IMG/VR virus record: IMGVR_UViG_3300031787_000001
Coordinates: 124,001-188,000 of that record
Reading direction: 5' to 3' (one strand)
DNA length: 64,000 nt
Made by a program: the position numbers and the translations under genes. The notes under the pieces were generated by a model that saw nothing but the letters and a program-made list of their open reading frames with translations, was not told the DNA's origin and made no database searches. Positions 48,204-59,765 of this stretch are shown in pieces. Numbering within the stretch: position 1 is the first letter of the stretch; each line of letters opens with the position of its first letter.

Positions 48204-49034
48204 ATGTGTATGACAAGACTTAAGATGTATGACATACTGAGAGAATCAGAAAAAAGGGAAGAGATAGAAAATAAACTTGATAAGTATATAAAATATGAAT
48301 TAAGTTATGAAGACCAAGACCGAACTTATGAACCCATTGTAATGATGTATAAATCAATGTCCGATGGTGATAAGGTCCATGTCACTTTTGAAAACGTACC
48401 ATTGAATATAAAATCAAATACAATTGATCCAAATATATTCAACACCGCCCTGAACAAACTAGTTGAAAAGTTAAAAGGTAGCGGGTACACAAGTGAAGAT
48501 TTTGGTGACCGTAAATTTAGAGTTATCGGTTTTCATGTTATCGTACCAAATCCAGATTATAAATATAGTATTGACTTAGGTGCACTTAGTTTTAATTTTC
48601 TTAAGTTTGATCTAACCGATTACCTATCCACTTCTCTTAACAATATCGTATACCGTCAGGAATATTCTTTTAAAGATTTATATTCAGGTGACCTACTTAA
48701 AGATGTTGGACCGTTACCAAAGGTAGATGTGGACCTAAAAAAATGGAACGATATTGAATATAAAAAGATATTAACCGCAACAAAACACCTTCTTAAAGGT
48801 AAGGTTGATGATACCACGTATGACATAAATAATTCACACGTACATATGTTTATTCAGTTGGATCGTAAACTATACAGGGAATCGGAAAACTATATTCACC
48901 CGGTTTTCAAAAGTATGTTAAAGATAAACCTAAGTAAATATTTTTATGAGGATACCGACGAATATGATAAAGTAAAAAATCACATCGAGAATAGACTTAA
49001 AAAGTTCGGTATAGACAATGTAGAGTTTAATTAA
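48204..49034 (+). CDS. Hypothetical protein of late type
   Basis: TATTTAT upstream; YDILRESE leader-like start. Confidence 0.75.
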   Translation: MCMTRLKMYDILRESEKREEIENKLDKYIKYELSYEDQDRTYEPIVMMYKSMSDGDKVHVTFENVPLNIKSNTIDPNIFNTALNKLVEKLKGSGYTSEDFGDRKFRVIGFHVIVPNPDYKYSIDLGALSFNFLKFDLTDYLSTSLNNIVYRQEYSFKDLYSGDLLKDVGPLPKVDVDLKKWNDIEYKKILTATKHLLKGKVDDTTYDINNSHVHMFIQLDRKLYRESENYIHPVFKSMLKINLSKYFYEDTDEYDKVKNHIENRLKKFGIDNVEFN

Positions 49035-49483
49035 TTACGGGCCTCCCTTCGGTCGGCCCTTCATCCCCGAATATAGTGACCCATATGTATGACAAATATA
49101 TATGGGTTTTTTTGTGACCGTTCCCCCTGAAGTCCGACCATCGTGAAACGAGGGAGGACGATAATCTATTCCACATATACATATATAAAACGTATACTGA
49201 AGACGTATAAATGTATGACGTTTATAAATTTTTCAGAAAGTGGGTCGTGATTCGGACAAGGGACAATCCTACACTATCTCCCACAAAGTTACACTTTTCC
49301 CCACTTTTCCACTCTGTCATACATAGAACCAAAAAAATGTGGGTTACAGGTATCTGTAGAAGGGAAAAAATAGGTACGACAAAAAAGGTGACAAAATGTC
49401 TGGTTTTTATAGGTTATTTTAATAGAAATTTGTAATACACTCGGTCCCCCATAAAGTGGGTGACCTCGTTTACTGGTACCCAA

Positions 49484-49882
49484 TTAGTTATGTATATAAT
49501 ACCTAAACTTATACTCAACCTTCCCCAAGAGTCCCATGGGTAGAACATTAATGAACATATAGAACCTTACCTTATAGACATTCTCTTCCAGTAACTTCTT
49601 TACGATCTGACGAGCAACTCTGTGGAACTCATATGGACCACTTAGATAAGACTCCCCCTTTAATGTGACGACCACCTCATCTGTGTGAGGGAGTGAATAA
49701 GGGTCCGTCTTAACCGTTCCTTGTATATCTAATTTACCCAATGTTTCCATTAGACTCTTCTCACATTTCCTTTCAAACTCTTCTATCTTCTCTACATACT
49801 TTTCCTGTGTATGAACTTTCTTACTGTGTCCGAGTAGAGGAAATAGTATGGAGAGGTTCAGATCTACTTCTGGTCGTTCCAT
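49484..49882 (-). CDS. Hypothetical protein
   Basis: ORF track. Confidence 0.7.
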   Translation of the reverse strand: MERPEVDLNLSILFPLLGHSKKVHTQEKYVEKIEEFERKCEKSLMETLGKLDIQGTVKTDPYSLPHTDEVVVTLKGESYLSGPYEFHRVARQIVKKLLEENVYKVRFYMFINVLPMGLLGKVEYKFRYYIHN

Positions 49883-50678
49883 TGTTTTAATTCTTCAATT
49901 ATATTATTATTCATCTCTGTACAGAAATCTCGTTCAAGTATATTCTTTAGTGCTTGTTCTGCATCAACACCTGTTTCACTTGTGGCCATTTCAATACACT
50001 CATCATCTGTTTTATTATGCCAAAATGTTAAGTGTTTCAATAACTGATTTCCGTCTATTTTATTCATAAACTTCTTCGATTTTAAGTATTTTACAATCTT
50101 TCACATTTACACATTCCAACATTTCTTTTTTCCATTCTTTAAGTTTTTCTAAGTTGGATGTTTCTCTATAACCCATTTTATAGTAGTCATCAAATTCATT
50201 TTTAAATAATCCAATGTATTTTTGTTCGTTATTCATAAACTTCTATTGTTTTATCTTTGTATGTTACTGTAATTAGTTGAGTTGGGATGTTTATACCTTG
50301 ATTTGACTGAATGCCTTCGTATTGTTCTTGAATATACTTTTCCCATTCATGTCCATAAATTATCCTATCATTCTCAATATCATTTATACAATTAGTTTTT
50401 TCCAATTGCCATTCTTTTTCTTCCAAACTCAACTCTCTTTCTTCAATCTTTAATCTCCACTTTTCAGAGAACTCTGTGTCGGTTTTGATTTTGTTGATGA
50501 ATTCTTCTTTGGTTAAATGACGAGTTGGATGTGGAGATACCATAGAACGACCATTCAACATACACCAACCTTTACCTATATTTTGATAAAGAAGATTTGT
50601 ACGATGGTCGTGTATTGTTGCTAATGGATAGTTTTGGTAATTCTCATAAGCCTCATCAATGATCTGTTCTTTATTCAT
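49864..50678 (-). CDS. Hypothetical ORFs 49864-50067, ~50060-50236, 50229-50678
   Basis: Junctions share AGAAGTTTATGAATAA. Confidence 0.65.
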
Positions 50679-50684
50679 AAACTT

Positions 50685-51680
50685 CTATTGTTTTGATTTT
50701 ATTTGTTCCCTATACCATTTGGCTCCTTCTTCGAATGCTATTGAAGATACTCCATGAATTCTATTTGATTCTTTTAATATCTCCTCATCTGATATTTCTG
50801 TTTGATCCTTCTCCATTTGTTTGGCTTGTTCTTCCTTTTCAGCTAAAACCCAAGCAGGTATTTTGATAATATAGTTTTCATTATCTTTTATATCGGCAAA
50901 ATCGTATTCTTTTAATTGTTCAACCAACCATTCTACTGCTGTCATAGTTATTTCTTTTTAAATTGTTCAATAAAATGCACTAATGTTTGTACATCTATAC
51001 AAGAATTTCCTAATTCTCCTTCTGTGTGGTTATCTTCATCAAGAATAAATTTTAACATTCTTTCTTGTTGCCATTTAACAATGTGAATAAACATTGATTT
51101 TATCCAAGTTTTTTCATGAGGATCTATTGTTTTTGCTTCCAACAATTCTAAGCTATACTTTTCAGCAGCTTCTTCAAGTTCATTTTCCATTTCTATTGCT
51201 TGTAATTTAGGAGAATTATATATCCTCATTGGTCTACCATCCTTATATCTTAATTCAGGTAAACCTTTCCCATAAGTTTCTTTATAGTATCCTTCCCCCG
51301 TACTATATTCTAATAACACATGACCATTCCTTCCGAGAAGATTACCATCATTCCAAGATTCTTTTATCTGATCCTTAAACATTTGTTTAACCTGTTCTTG
51401 TATATCTAATGGAATATCTCCCATGTTATCTTGTACTTGGTTTATTAACCATTCTACTGCTGTCATGTTTTTATTTTCCATATCCTTTATTTACTAAGTT
51501 TATACCATCTAATCTTGCAATATTTAGTTGTTTCTTCTCCATTTGTTTGGATTGTTCTTCAAGTTCATCAATCATACCTTGTGTAACTCTCACATCACCC
51601 ATTCCTATATGTGTGGTTGGATCATGTGCAAGTTGACGTAATTGATTTATAATCCACTCTACCGCCGTTTGTTGTGACAT
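50685..51680 (-). CDS. Three TAVEW-family ORFs (50685-50945, 50948-51481, 51471-51680)
   Basis: Shared TAVEW(L/I)..Q and Q.KQM.K.Q. Confidence 0.75.
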
Positions 51681-52206
51681 TATTTATATATTTTATCGTA
51701 ATTGATATCGTACATTTGATCGTAGAACTCGATCAGTTCTTTATACTTTTCCTTATCCTGGTAAATCTTTTCCATTAAAATATTGTTCATCTTATACCCG
51801 AATTTTAAATCTTTCAAATAAGTTTGACAATAAGAACCCTCGGAACTTTGTTCACATCTTAATGGACTACAACACCCCTCTTCACCACATCCATCACATA
51901 TAGGACAATATGGATTATGTATATCTTCTGTTGTTTTCATATCAATTCGACTTTTTCTTTATTATACTCCATAATCTCCTCGGTTTGATCGGGTATCTCA
52001 AGGAACCTAATATGATGATGTTTACCTTCCACCTCCAAGAATTCATACCAAGGACCGGGTGCAAAGTTAATACCCGTTTCCTCCCTCATTTCCTCACCAC
52101 TGATCACATCAATAACATGATATATCGATCCTTTATGGGTATAGACTTTACCCTTGTCTTCACCCTCATCAACACATAACGAATTCTCAATACAAATCAC
52201 TCTCAT
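51680..52206 (-). CDS. Two hypothetical ORFs (51680-51940 Cys-rich; 51937-52206)
   Basis: ORF track; CPICDGCGEEGCC. Confidence 0.65.
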
Positions 52207-53167
52207 GTTCTTTTAATAATTTATTTGGATTAACACAATAGGATTCACTCCAATTTGGAACCGTATAATGACAATTCCATGGTAATTTTTTATGAACCTC
52301 CTTAAACTCATTACACCCAATCATTAAAGAAAAACAATAATCTATTTCATCTAAAAGATGTTGAATTGTATCAGGTGGATTACCATAAAGTTTTTCAGAT
52401 TCTTGTACATAACACTTAAACCCACCAAATCCAATGTAATCTATAAAAAAGTTAGATGTTAAAACATTGATCGGTGTGACAATATACTTCTTATGTTTAT
52501 TATAGGTAGTATAATTTATTTGAGTATCACCAATCTTTTCAATATTCCATTTTATCATTTGTTCATAGTTCACCGGTTCGTGAAAGATAAGAAGATTGGC
52601 GAACTTTCTAACATTATGTGTACATAGATAATTTGCAAAATGTATAAAAGACATTTTGTTCTTACCACAGAAAGATTTTAAATTACGTTCACTGGTGAGA
52701 ACCACCTCATTGATAAAACACATATCCTCAAAAGTGATTTCCGTCTTATATCTCATATACATTAATCTCGAATGTTTATCTTCGTTCCAATACCCATATT
52801 CTTTAATATCATAAATAATATTATCAATCTCCCTGAGTATCAATTGAACAAAGATTTTAGATAGAACATTACTGTACTTCACATGATAAAAGATACCATT
52901 CATTCCATCCAAATATTTTTCAACCTCACATGTCTTTTGGTCAAAATACATAACCGGATCATATAGAAGAAAATCTCCCCTGTTTTTGTGTACCCCTTCA
53001 GTTGGATGTAAATGTTTAAACATTGACATAGATATCTCCTCCGCGAAACTCGTTGTTAAATCCATTTTATCAACAAATTCCTTCCCATAAAAAGATTCAA
53101 TAGAATAAAATTTACCGAACTCAGGTCTCCATTCAAACCTATTTGATCTTGGAATAAATTGTGACAT
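52187..53167 (-). CDS. Hypothetical protein
   Basis: 326-aa ORF. Confidence 0.75.
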   Translation of the reverse strand: MSQFIPRSNRFEWRPEFGKFYSIESFYGKEFVDKMDLTTSFAEEISMSMFKHLHPTEGVHKNRGDFLLYDPVMYFDQKTCEVEKYLDGMNGIFYHVKYSNVLSKIFVQLILREIDNIIYDIKEYGYWNEDKHSRLMYMRYKTEITFEDMCFINEVVLTSERNLKSFCGKNKMSFIHFANYLCTHNVRKFANLLIFHEPVNYEQMIKWNIEKIGDTQINYTTYNKHKKYIVTPINVLTSNFFIDYIGFGGFKCYVQESEKLYGNPPDTIQHLLDEIDYCFSLMIGCNEFKEVHKKLPWNCHYTVPNWSESYCVNPNKLLKEHESDLY

Positions 53168-53172
53168 AACTA

Positions 53173-53421
53173 TTAATTGTTGTTTATAAATGTATCATTA
53201 CACCATATCGGTGTTTTCTCTCCAACGTAACTACCAGCAACATTATACCAAAAGTATTCTATCGCATCATCTTCCGTCATTCCCTCCTTAACCAATATAT
53301 CAATACATTTGGTGACAGAATATATAAGACGATAGGTCGATTCCTCAATACCAATTATTGCGTCATCAAACCCATCGGCTTTTAGAATGTCCTCATCAAT
53401 TGTATAATGTGATAAATCCAT
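53173..53421 (-). CDS. Hypothetical protein
   Basis: ADGFDDAIIG..EYF.YN..GSYVGE.TP. Confidence 0.75.
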   Translation of the reverse strand: MDLSHYTIDEDILKADGFDDAIIGIEESTYRLIYSVTKCIDILVKEGMTEDDAIEYFWYNVAGSYVGEKTPIWCNDTFINNN

Positions 53422-53537
53422 ATCAATATTTTCAACAAATATAAGAGAAATAATTTTAAAACAAAAAAAATATTTATTAAAGGTCCGATATCCGCGTTTT
53501 CATCTCACTCGGACCAACATGAGCTTCCGACGGGTTG

Positions 53538-53681
53538 TGGTCAGGACAGGATTCGAACCTGTTTTGTAATAAAGGGTCTCACGACAGTTATTTCTAACCT
53601 ACATTTCTGTAGCGTGGTTTGAGTAGTCCCTAAACTGTTCTCTTTTATATTACAATGGCGTACCAATTCCGCCACCTGACT
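53538..53681 (-). ncRNA. tRNA-like RNA with ~90-nt structured insert in place of the anticodon/variable arms
   Basis: 5' AGTCAGGTGGCGGAATTGGTACGC; 3' ACAGGTTCGAATCCTGT-CCTGACCA; acceptor and T stems pair. Confidence 0.75.
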
Positions 53682-53856
53682 ATTTTAGTTAATATAATTT
53701 TATTTTTTCAACTGAACAATCCAACCCATAATTTTCTTTAATTAAAGACACAAAACTATCCTTTTCTTGCTCACTAAATCTGGTGATAGTTTGACCATTC
53801 CAAGTACCACCAATAATCGTAATAATAAATTTGTATGCTGGCATATTTTTTAATTT

Positions 53857-54326
53857 TTAGTAGTCTACTACAAACCATTTAATGTCAGGTCTAGTTTCAT
53901 TTAACCTTTTTTTCCATGGGTTAAGAAACTCAATGGCTTCTTTCTCATTATTAAATTTCTTTGCATGTTCCAAATTTTTCGGTCTCAAATATGGATCTTT
54001 ATGTGAGGCGTAAAAGTATTTTTCACAAAAGAAATAGTGCATGGATTTGTTTATCTCACTTTTCCCAACTATCATTTTCATACTCTCTTCTTTAATGTTA
54101 TGTTACCATTTACACTTAATATCACCCTACCGTCACTGAATACCGCTGGTCCCTCTCCTTCATATGCAACAATATCTTGATTAATTGTTACAGTGGGAGG
54201 TTTATTAAATGTTTTTAACCAATACCATTTATCTTTAATCCAATCTTTGATACTCATAAATAAGTTTTTATTTGGGTTTTCAGTTGTAAAATATGTTGTC
54301 CCGTCTTCTCTTTTTATTTGAAACAT
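53857..54326 (-). CDS. Two hypothetical ORFs (53857-54081, 54078-54326)
   Basis: ORF track. Confidence 0.6.
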
Positions 54327-54475
54327 TTGAGTTTATTTTTTTATATAAGGTTTCTTTGGTGAATACTTGTTCTGTGACATATTAAACTTTCTCATAAACA
54401 TTCCATTCAAATGTAGTCCAGGTGAACAGGATGTTATAAACATAACAAATATAATAAAAAATACTAATAACTTTC

Positions 54476-54712
54476 TCATTTTCCATATGTTTTGTTATAG
54501 TATTTTATTGAACTTTTATCGATCATTTCGTCAGTACATCCGGCATGTTTCATATATGGTGATTCTCTTTTGTATGCCTCAATTATCTGATCCTTCTCAA
54601 TTTGTTTGGCTATTTTTTTCAATTCATATAACCTTTGGGTTGTTAATATTTTCTCTATTTTAGCATGATTAATTCTTTCAACTAACCAATCTACTGCTGT
54701 TTCCTGTGACAT
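54476..54712 (-). CDS. TAVEW-family protein
   Basis: QETAVDWL..AKQIEKDQIIEAY. Confidence 0.7.
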   Translation of the reverse strand: MSQETAVDWLVERINHAKIEKILTTQRLYELKKIAKQIEKDQIIEAYKRESPYMKHAGCTDEMIDKSSIKYYNKTYGK

Positions 54713-54915
54713 AAAATTTTTATATTTGTTTCTTAAAATATGTTAAAGGTAATTTAACATCGTTAGATTTAACATAATATGAATTGATGTTCATCCATCT
54801 TTCCTGTTTATTGTTTTCACAAATGAAATATAATTTTGAAAGTGTGTGAAACACAATGTCACCTACGATTATCATTTTTATTTTTACTTTATGGTATTAT
54901 ACCTTTTAGTATAAA

Positions 54916-55179
54916 TTATTGTTTGGGATACGTTTTCGCATCTGAAAATGATTCTATTGAAACGAATTCGGAATGAAGATGTTCAATAATTTCTTTCATT
55001 AATTCATGATCGGGTTTACCGTCATCTTTTTCAGAAAGTTTAACCAATAAAGATATTCCCGATACAAGTATATGAGACATTTCACTAAAACTTAATTTTG
55101 GTTGAGTTGGTGGTAACTTAATAAAAACATTTGATTTACCATCTAAAATTTCAGTCTCAACAATTACACTTAAATTCAT
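54916..55179 (-). CDS. Hypothetical protein
   Basis: ORF track. Confidence 0.65.
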   Translation of the reverse strand: MNLSVIVETEILDGKSNVFIKLPPTQPKLSFSEMSHILVSGISLLVKLSEKDDGKPDHELMKEIIEHLHSEFVSIESFSDAKTYPKQ

Positions 55180-55700
55180 TAGTCTTCATTTTTTAAAATT
55201 TTTATTAATTTTTCTTTAATTCCACTTTGTTTAATACCTTCACTTTCTTTGGGTGTTAAAACAAAATTGTCACCAAGAAATAAACTCATATCTAAATCAT
55301 CAACACTAACCCAACTTGTGATATCATTTTTATCTTCCAACCATTTTTTTATTTCTAATGATCTAAGAAGTTCTAATGTACCTGATTGATTGATTATGGG
55401 TGTGAAGTCTATTGGTTTTTTTATTACACCCATAAGTTCATAATACTTACCAATATCTTCTAATGATCCGTGAAGTTTCCAATCTGAACTAACAACTATC
55501 TCAGCATCGGTTTCAGTTAAAACTTCATTTAAAACTTTAACTGCCTTCTTATCAAAATTATCAAATCTAAATTCAATCGGAACTTCTCTTAATGTCATAG
55601 ACATTTTCATTCTACCCCACTTCTTTTGTTTCTTATAACGAGAACCAAAATTATTTGATAGACAAATTACACCATCGTGATCCAAGAATAGAATCTTCAT
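55179..55700 (-). CDS. HAD-superfamily phosphatase (Swiss-Army-Knife RNA-repair-like)
   Basis: FLDHDGVI, IVVSSDWK, VSVDDL. Confidence 0.8.
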   Translation of the reverse strand: MKILFLDHDGVICLSNNFGSRYKKQKKWGRMKMSMTLREVPIEFRFDNFDKKAVKVLNEVLTETDAEIVVSSDWKLHGSLEDIGKYYELMGVIKKPIDFTPIINQSGTLELLRSLEIKKWLEDKNDITSWVSVDDLDMSLFLGDNFVLTPKESEGIKQSGIKEKLIKILKNED

Positions 55701-57283
55701 TTATTAAAATTAGTTTTGGATTCAAATAAATCACAAGTGTGATTTTTACTTGGTATTGATTCCAGTTTAATTTCTTTTTTTGGATTACAACATTTTAAAC
55801 CTTGCCCTACACCAACCAACCAAGCAATATACTTACAGTTATAACAAACTTTATCTTCTGATTTTATTTCATTTGTTGTTTCCATTTATAACATTATTTA
55901 AATTATATTTCTCTTTAATATTATTTAACTGTGGACATTCTTTATTTACAAGAGTTTCGTCTGAATCTATCGAACCATACATATGATGACCACACTCATA
56001 TTCCCTATCCCATGCATGGAGTGAACTACCTTCTCTTTTAAGTTTGGATCCACACACACTACATATTGTCTTATCAAATACTTCAACTTTTCTTGGAATG
56101 ACACTATCAATCATTCTATTTACAATTGCTTCAGACATAGAAACATTTTCTTTTTTCAAATTTTTAAGTTCTTCCGTAGTCATTACAACAACTTCACCAT
56201 AACTTGTTATTGAATGATTTGGGTTGTTTGTATAAACATCAACAATTCCATTATCCCCATAATATTCGTCACAAAGTTCCTGAACGGAAAAACAATTGTA
56301 GTGTATATCCCAATTTATAGAACCATAGCACCTAAGTTTAGTCAAATATACAAATCCGTCAGAATATTCTCTAATCTGTCCTCTAACTTCATGAAGTTCA
56401 TCCTGCAACTTATTCATCTTATCTAGTAGATCTTGTATTTTCATTTTACACTTTTTAAAAGTTTTACTTTACATATTTTTATAAAAAAAATCACCAACTT
56501 TCGTAGTCTGTTAAATTAATATCTAATTCAGGTACATCATCTCTACCTGCCAATACAATATCTCCTATTCCAGTTGGAATAAACTTAAACCAATAACCAC
56601 CACCCGCCGCACCGAACTTACCCTCATCTACTTTAGGTAAATTCTTTTTCCACTTATTATACTTTTTAATTTGTTTATCGGTAAGTTCAAATATCATAGT
56701 ATATGAATTTAATATAAAATCATTTATCTAATTTAACTTTTATTTTATTACAATCTTTACTTCTTAAATGTACAGACGAATCAACAGTAATTGAACTTCT
56801 GTCGGGATCCGATTTCCAAAATTCATGTCTTATTACCTGATGAATATCATAGGCGACCCTACAACTTTCATCTACATCTGGACTATATATGCCGTAACTT
56901 CCGTTATTGGGGATTTCTTCTTGGAGAAGCACATTTCTTCCTTGATTAAGAATTCTTTCTGCCTTGTCTCTTATATCGTGATATAAACCATAATCAATAG
57001 ATAATTTAATATTCTCAACATCAGTCCATTCTCTAATCTCTTCTCCATTTCCCCAACTTCCCTTTGTTTTAATATACCCATCACCAATTTCAACAACATC
57101 ACCTCTTTCTGTTCTATCACCGACTTCTAATTTCTTTTTTGGTCTGAGTTTGTCGGCCAATATTCTTTCGTATGTGGGATGTTCTTTGATTGCCCACATT
57201 TGTCCGATACCAACTCTTGAATAAAAATCAAGCGCTTTTTGTATGAGTTGTAATTGTTCGTTGGTTACAGTTAATGTTGCCAT
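55697..57283 (-). CDS. Hypothetical ORFs 55697-55885, 55869-56444, 56491-56697, 56720-57283
   Basis: ORF track, co-directional. Confidence 0.7.
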
Positions 57284-57312
57284 GGTTTATTTTTTGCCTT
57301 CTGATTTTTCTT

Positions 57313-58212
57313 TTATTTTTTTATATTTTCATAATTTTTAACAAAAAAATCTATTGTTTCGTTCAATCCATCTTCTATATTAGTGAACTTAAAATCTTTT
57401 AATATTTTTTTTAGTTTTGTGTTATCAGATGGTTTTCTAAACTGACCGCTAGGTTTTGTTTTATCCCATCTTATTTCTTTTTTATATCCCATTATCTTTG
57501 TCACCAAATTTGCAACTTCTTTTATTGATATTTCTTCAGAGTTAGATAATATTATCGGTTCTGTTTTATTATATTCGTTTAATAACCTATCACATATATT
57601 GGATACATCTCTAGAAAATATGAACTCTCTTAAAGATTTACCGTCTCCCCATAATTCTAAAATTGTATCGTATTTTATAGATAAATAACATTTATGAATT
57701 ATTGCAGGTAAAACATGACCATTTTCTAAATTATAATTGTCTTTTGGTCCATAAACATTTGTTGGGATTACACAAAAATATTTTGTACCATATTGTTGAT
57801 TATATGACTTTATTTGAATATCTGACATTCTTTTTGAATACGCATATGCGTCATTTGAATGATGTGGTGGACCAAAATGTATTTTTTCCTCAATCAATGG
57901 ATATTCAATATCATCGGGGAAAACACAAGTTGACAAAAAAGCAATTAACTTTTTAACGTTAAATTCTTTTGCGTAATGAATAACATTTGTATTCATTATT
58001 ATATTTTGATAGAAAAAATCGCCTTTATGTCTCATATTAGAAAGAACTCCTCCGACTTTAGCCGCAGTATGAATAACATAATCTGGTGTATGTTTTTCGT
58101 ACATTAATTTCACTTGGTTAGAATCGGTAAGATCGAATTCTTTTCTACTTATTTTTGTTCCTTCTTTGAATTCACTGGCAATCAAACCATTTCCTGTTAT
58201 TAATTTTTTCAT
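57313..58212 (-). CDS. fcl: GDP-L-fucose synthase
   Basis: AAKVGG, LSTCVFP, YAYSKR, PTNVYGP.DN, HVLPA, WGDG..LREF. Confidence 0.9.
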   Translation of the reverse strand: MKKLITGNGLIASEFKEGTKISRKEFDLTDSNQVKLMYEKHTPDYVIHTAAKVGGVLSNMRHKGDFFYQNIIMNTNVIHYAKEFNVKKLIAFLSTCVFPDDIEYPLIEEKIHFGPPHHSNDAYAYSKRMSDIQIKSYNQQYGTKYFCVIPTNVYGPKDNYNLENGHVLPAIIHKCYLSIKYDTILELWGDGKSLREFIFSRDVSNICDRLLNEYNKTEPIILSNSEEISIKEVANLVTKIMGYKKEIRWDKTKPSGQFRKPSDNTKLKKILKDFKFTNIEDGLNETIDFFVKNYENIKK

Positions 58213-59177
58213 TTATAATAATTTAACCAATAGTCTATCATCTCGTCGAGCATTGTTTCAAAAGTGTATTCATTATCCCATTTAGTTATATCTCTAAGTT
58301 TTGTTGAATCTCCTTTAAGGTCCTCTAATTCTTCTGGTCTAAAATATTTCTGATCTTGTTCCACATATTTCTTCCAATCTAAACCTAATTTTGAAAATAC
58401 ATATTCACATAGATCCCTAACTGAATGTGATATACCTGTTGAGCAAACAAAATCATCTGATTTATCTAATTGTAAAATCATCCACATTGCTTTAACATAA
58501 TCTTTAGCGTGGCCCCAATCTCTTGTTGCCTCTAAATTACCTAATTTTAATTTATTAGATAATCCAAGTTTTATTTTAACCGCTTCTTTACAAACTTTGT
58601 TTGTTACAAAATTGGTTCCCCTTCTTGGTGATTCGTGATTAAATAAAATCCCATTTGATATGAACATGTTATATGAGTTCCTATAATTCCTTGAAATATT
58701 ATAAGAAAAAACTTTTGCACATCCATATGGTGAAACGGGATTCATTGGTGTTGTTTCTCTTTGAAAACCATCGGAATCAATACTATTGCCGAACATCTCC
58801 GAAGAAGAGGCTTGGTATATTTTTGTGTCAGGTTTAATTAACCTAACCGCTTCAAGTAGATTTAACGTTCCTAAACCCGTGACTTGTGATGTATATATTG
58901 GTTGATCAAAAGATATTCTGACATGTGATTGTGCCGCCAAATTATATATTTCATCTGGTTGTATTTTTTGAATCACATAAATCAAAGATGATAAATCGGT
59001 CATGTCCGCATAGAATAACGTAATCTTATCGTAAATGTTATCTAATCTATACGTTTGATTTTCAGCAACAGAATTTCTTTTTAATATCCCATAAACTTTA
59101 TATTTTTTTTGAATTAAAAATTCCGATAAATAAGATCCGTCTTGCCCATTTATTCCGGTTATTAGTGCTTTCTTCAT
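58209..59177 (-). CDS. gmd: GDP-mannose 4,6-dehydratase
   Basis: ITGINGQDGSYL, NLAAQSHV, YQASSSE, NGILFNHESPRRG, RDWGHAKDYV. Confidence 0.95.
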   Translation of the reverse strand: MKKALITGINGQDGSYLSEFLIQKKYKVYGILKRNSVAENQTYRLDNIYDKITLFYADMTDLSSLIYVIQKIQPDEIYNLAAQSHVRISFDQPIYTSQVTGLGTLNLLEAVRLIKPDTKIYQASSSEMFGNSIDSDGFQRETTPMNPVSPYGCAKVFSYNISRNYRNSYNMFISNGILFNHESPRRGTNFVTNKVCKEAVKIKLGLSNKLKLGNLEATRDWGHAKDYVKAMWMILQLDKSDDFVCSTGISHSVRDLCEYVFSKLGLDWKKYVEQDQKYFRPEELEDLKGDSTKLRDITKWDNEYTFETMLDEMIDYWLNYYK

Positions 59178-59188
59178 TTATTTTATTT

Positions 59189-59716
59189 TTATGCTTCATT
59201 AGTTGAAATTATACCATTACTTGCTAACATTATTCTACGAATATTTGTTGGTTGTAGTTTGTATTCTGGTCTTCTTGCTTGTGATAATCTAGATTTTGCA
59301 ATTCTTGAAACACAAACTTTGTTTCCTTGATTACCACCAAGAACATGATATGCAGTTTCATCTTCTCCAACGTAGAAACCAACATGACCACCACTTTTTC
59401 TTGTGAATGTTAAGATGTCCCCTAACATAGGTGTTTGTACTCTAACACCAAACTTATTCCAATTTAAAGCCCATAGTGGACCTTCGACAACAGGTCTAGC
59501 GGCCCTGTGGATAACAATTGCAACATATAATCCACACCATGGAATTTCATCTGATTTATAGACGTTATCTAATCCAACTTCTTTTGCCCATCCCATGATG
59601 ACCGGATTGTGTTTAGGACCAACAATTTCTGTTACACCATACAATTCAACTGCCTTTAATAAATGTCTTGGTGCAGGTTCCTGTACTAACCAACGATAAG
59701 ATTTTGAAATATTCAT
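59189..59716 (-). CDS. TIGR02594-like NlpC/P60-CHAP peptidoglycan hydrolase
   Basis: DEIPWCG, GHVGF, LGGNQ. Confidence 0.85.
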   Translation of the reverse strand: MNISKSYRWLVQEPAPRHLLKAVELYGVTEIVGPKHNPVIMGWAKEVGLDNVYKSDEIPWCGLYVAIVIHRAARPVVEGPLWALNWNKFGVRVQTPMLGDILTFTRKSGGHVGFYVGEDETAYHVLGGNQGNKVCVSRIAKSRLSQARRPEYKLQPTNIRRIMLASNGIISTNEA

Positions 59717-59765
59717 ATTAAATGTTTTGTTTTAAAATAATGAAAAATTTCTAATTAAACAAATT

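Noticed and set aside
53482-53537. HDV-like (theta) ribozyme after the tRNA-like RNA
   Set aside because: Could not fit the nested double pseudoknot; only a simple hairpin is visible.
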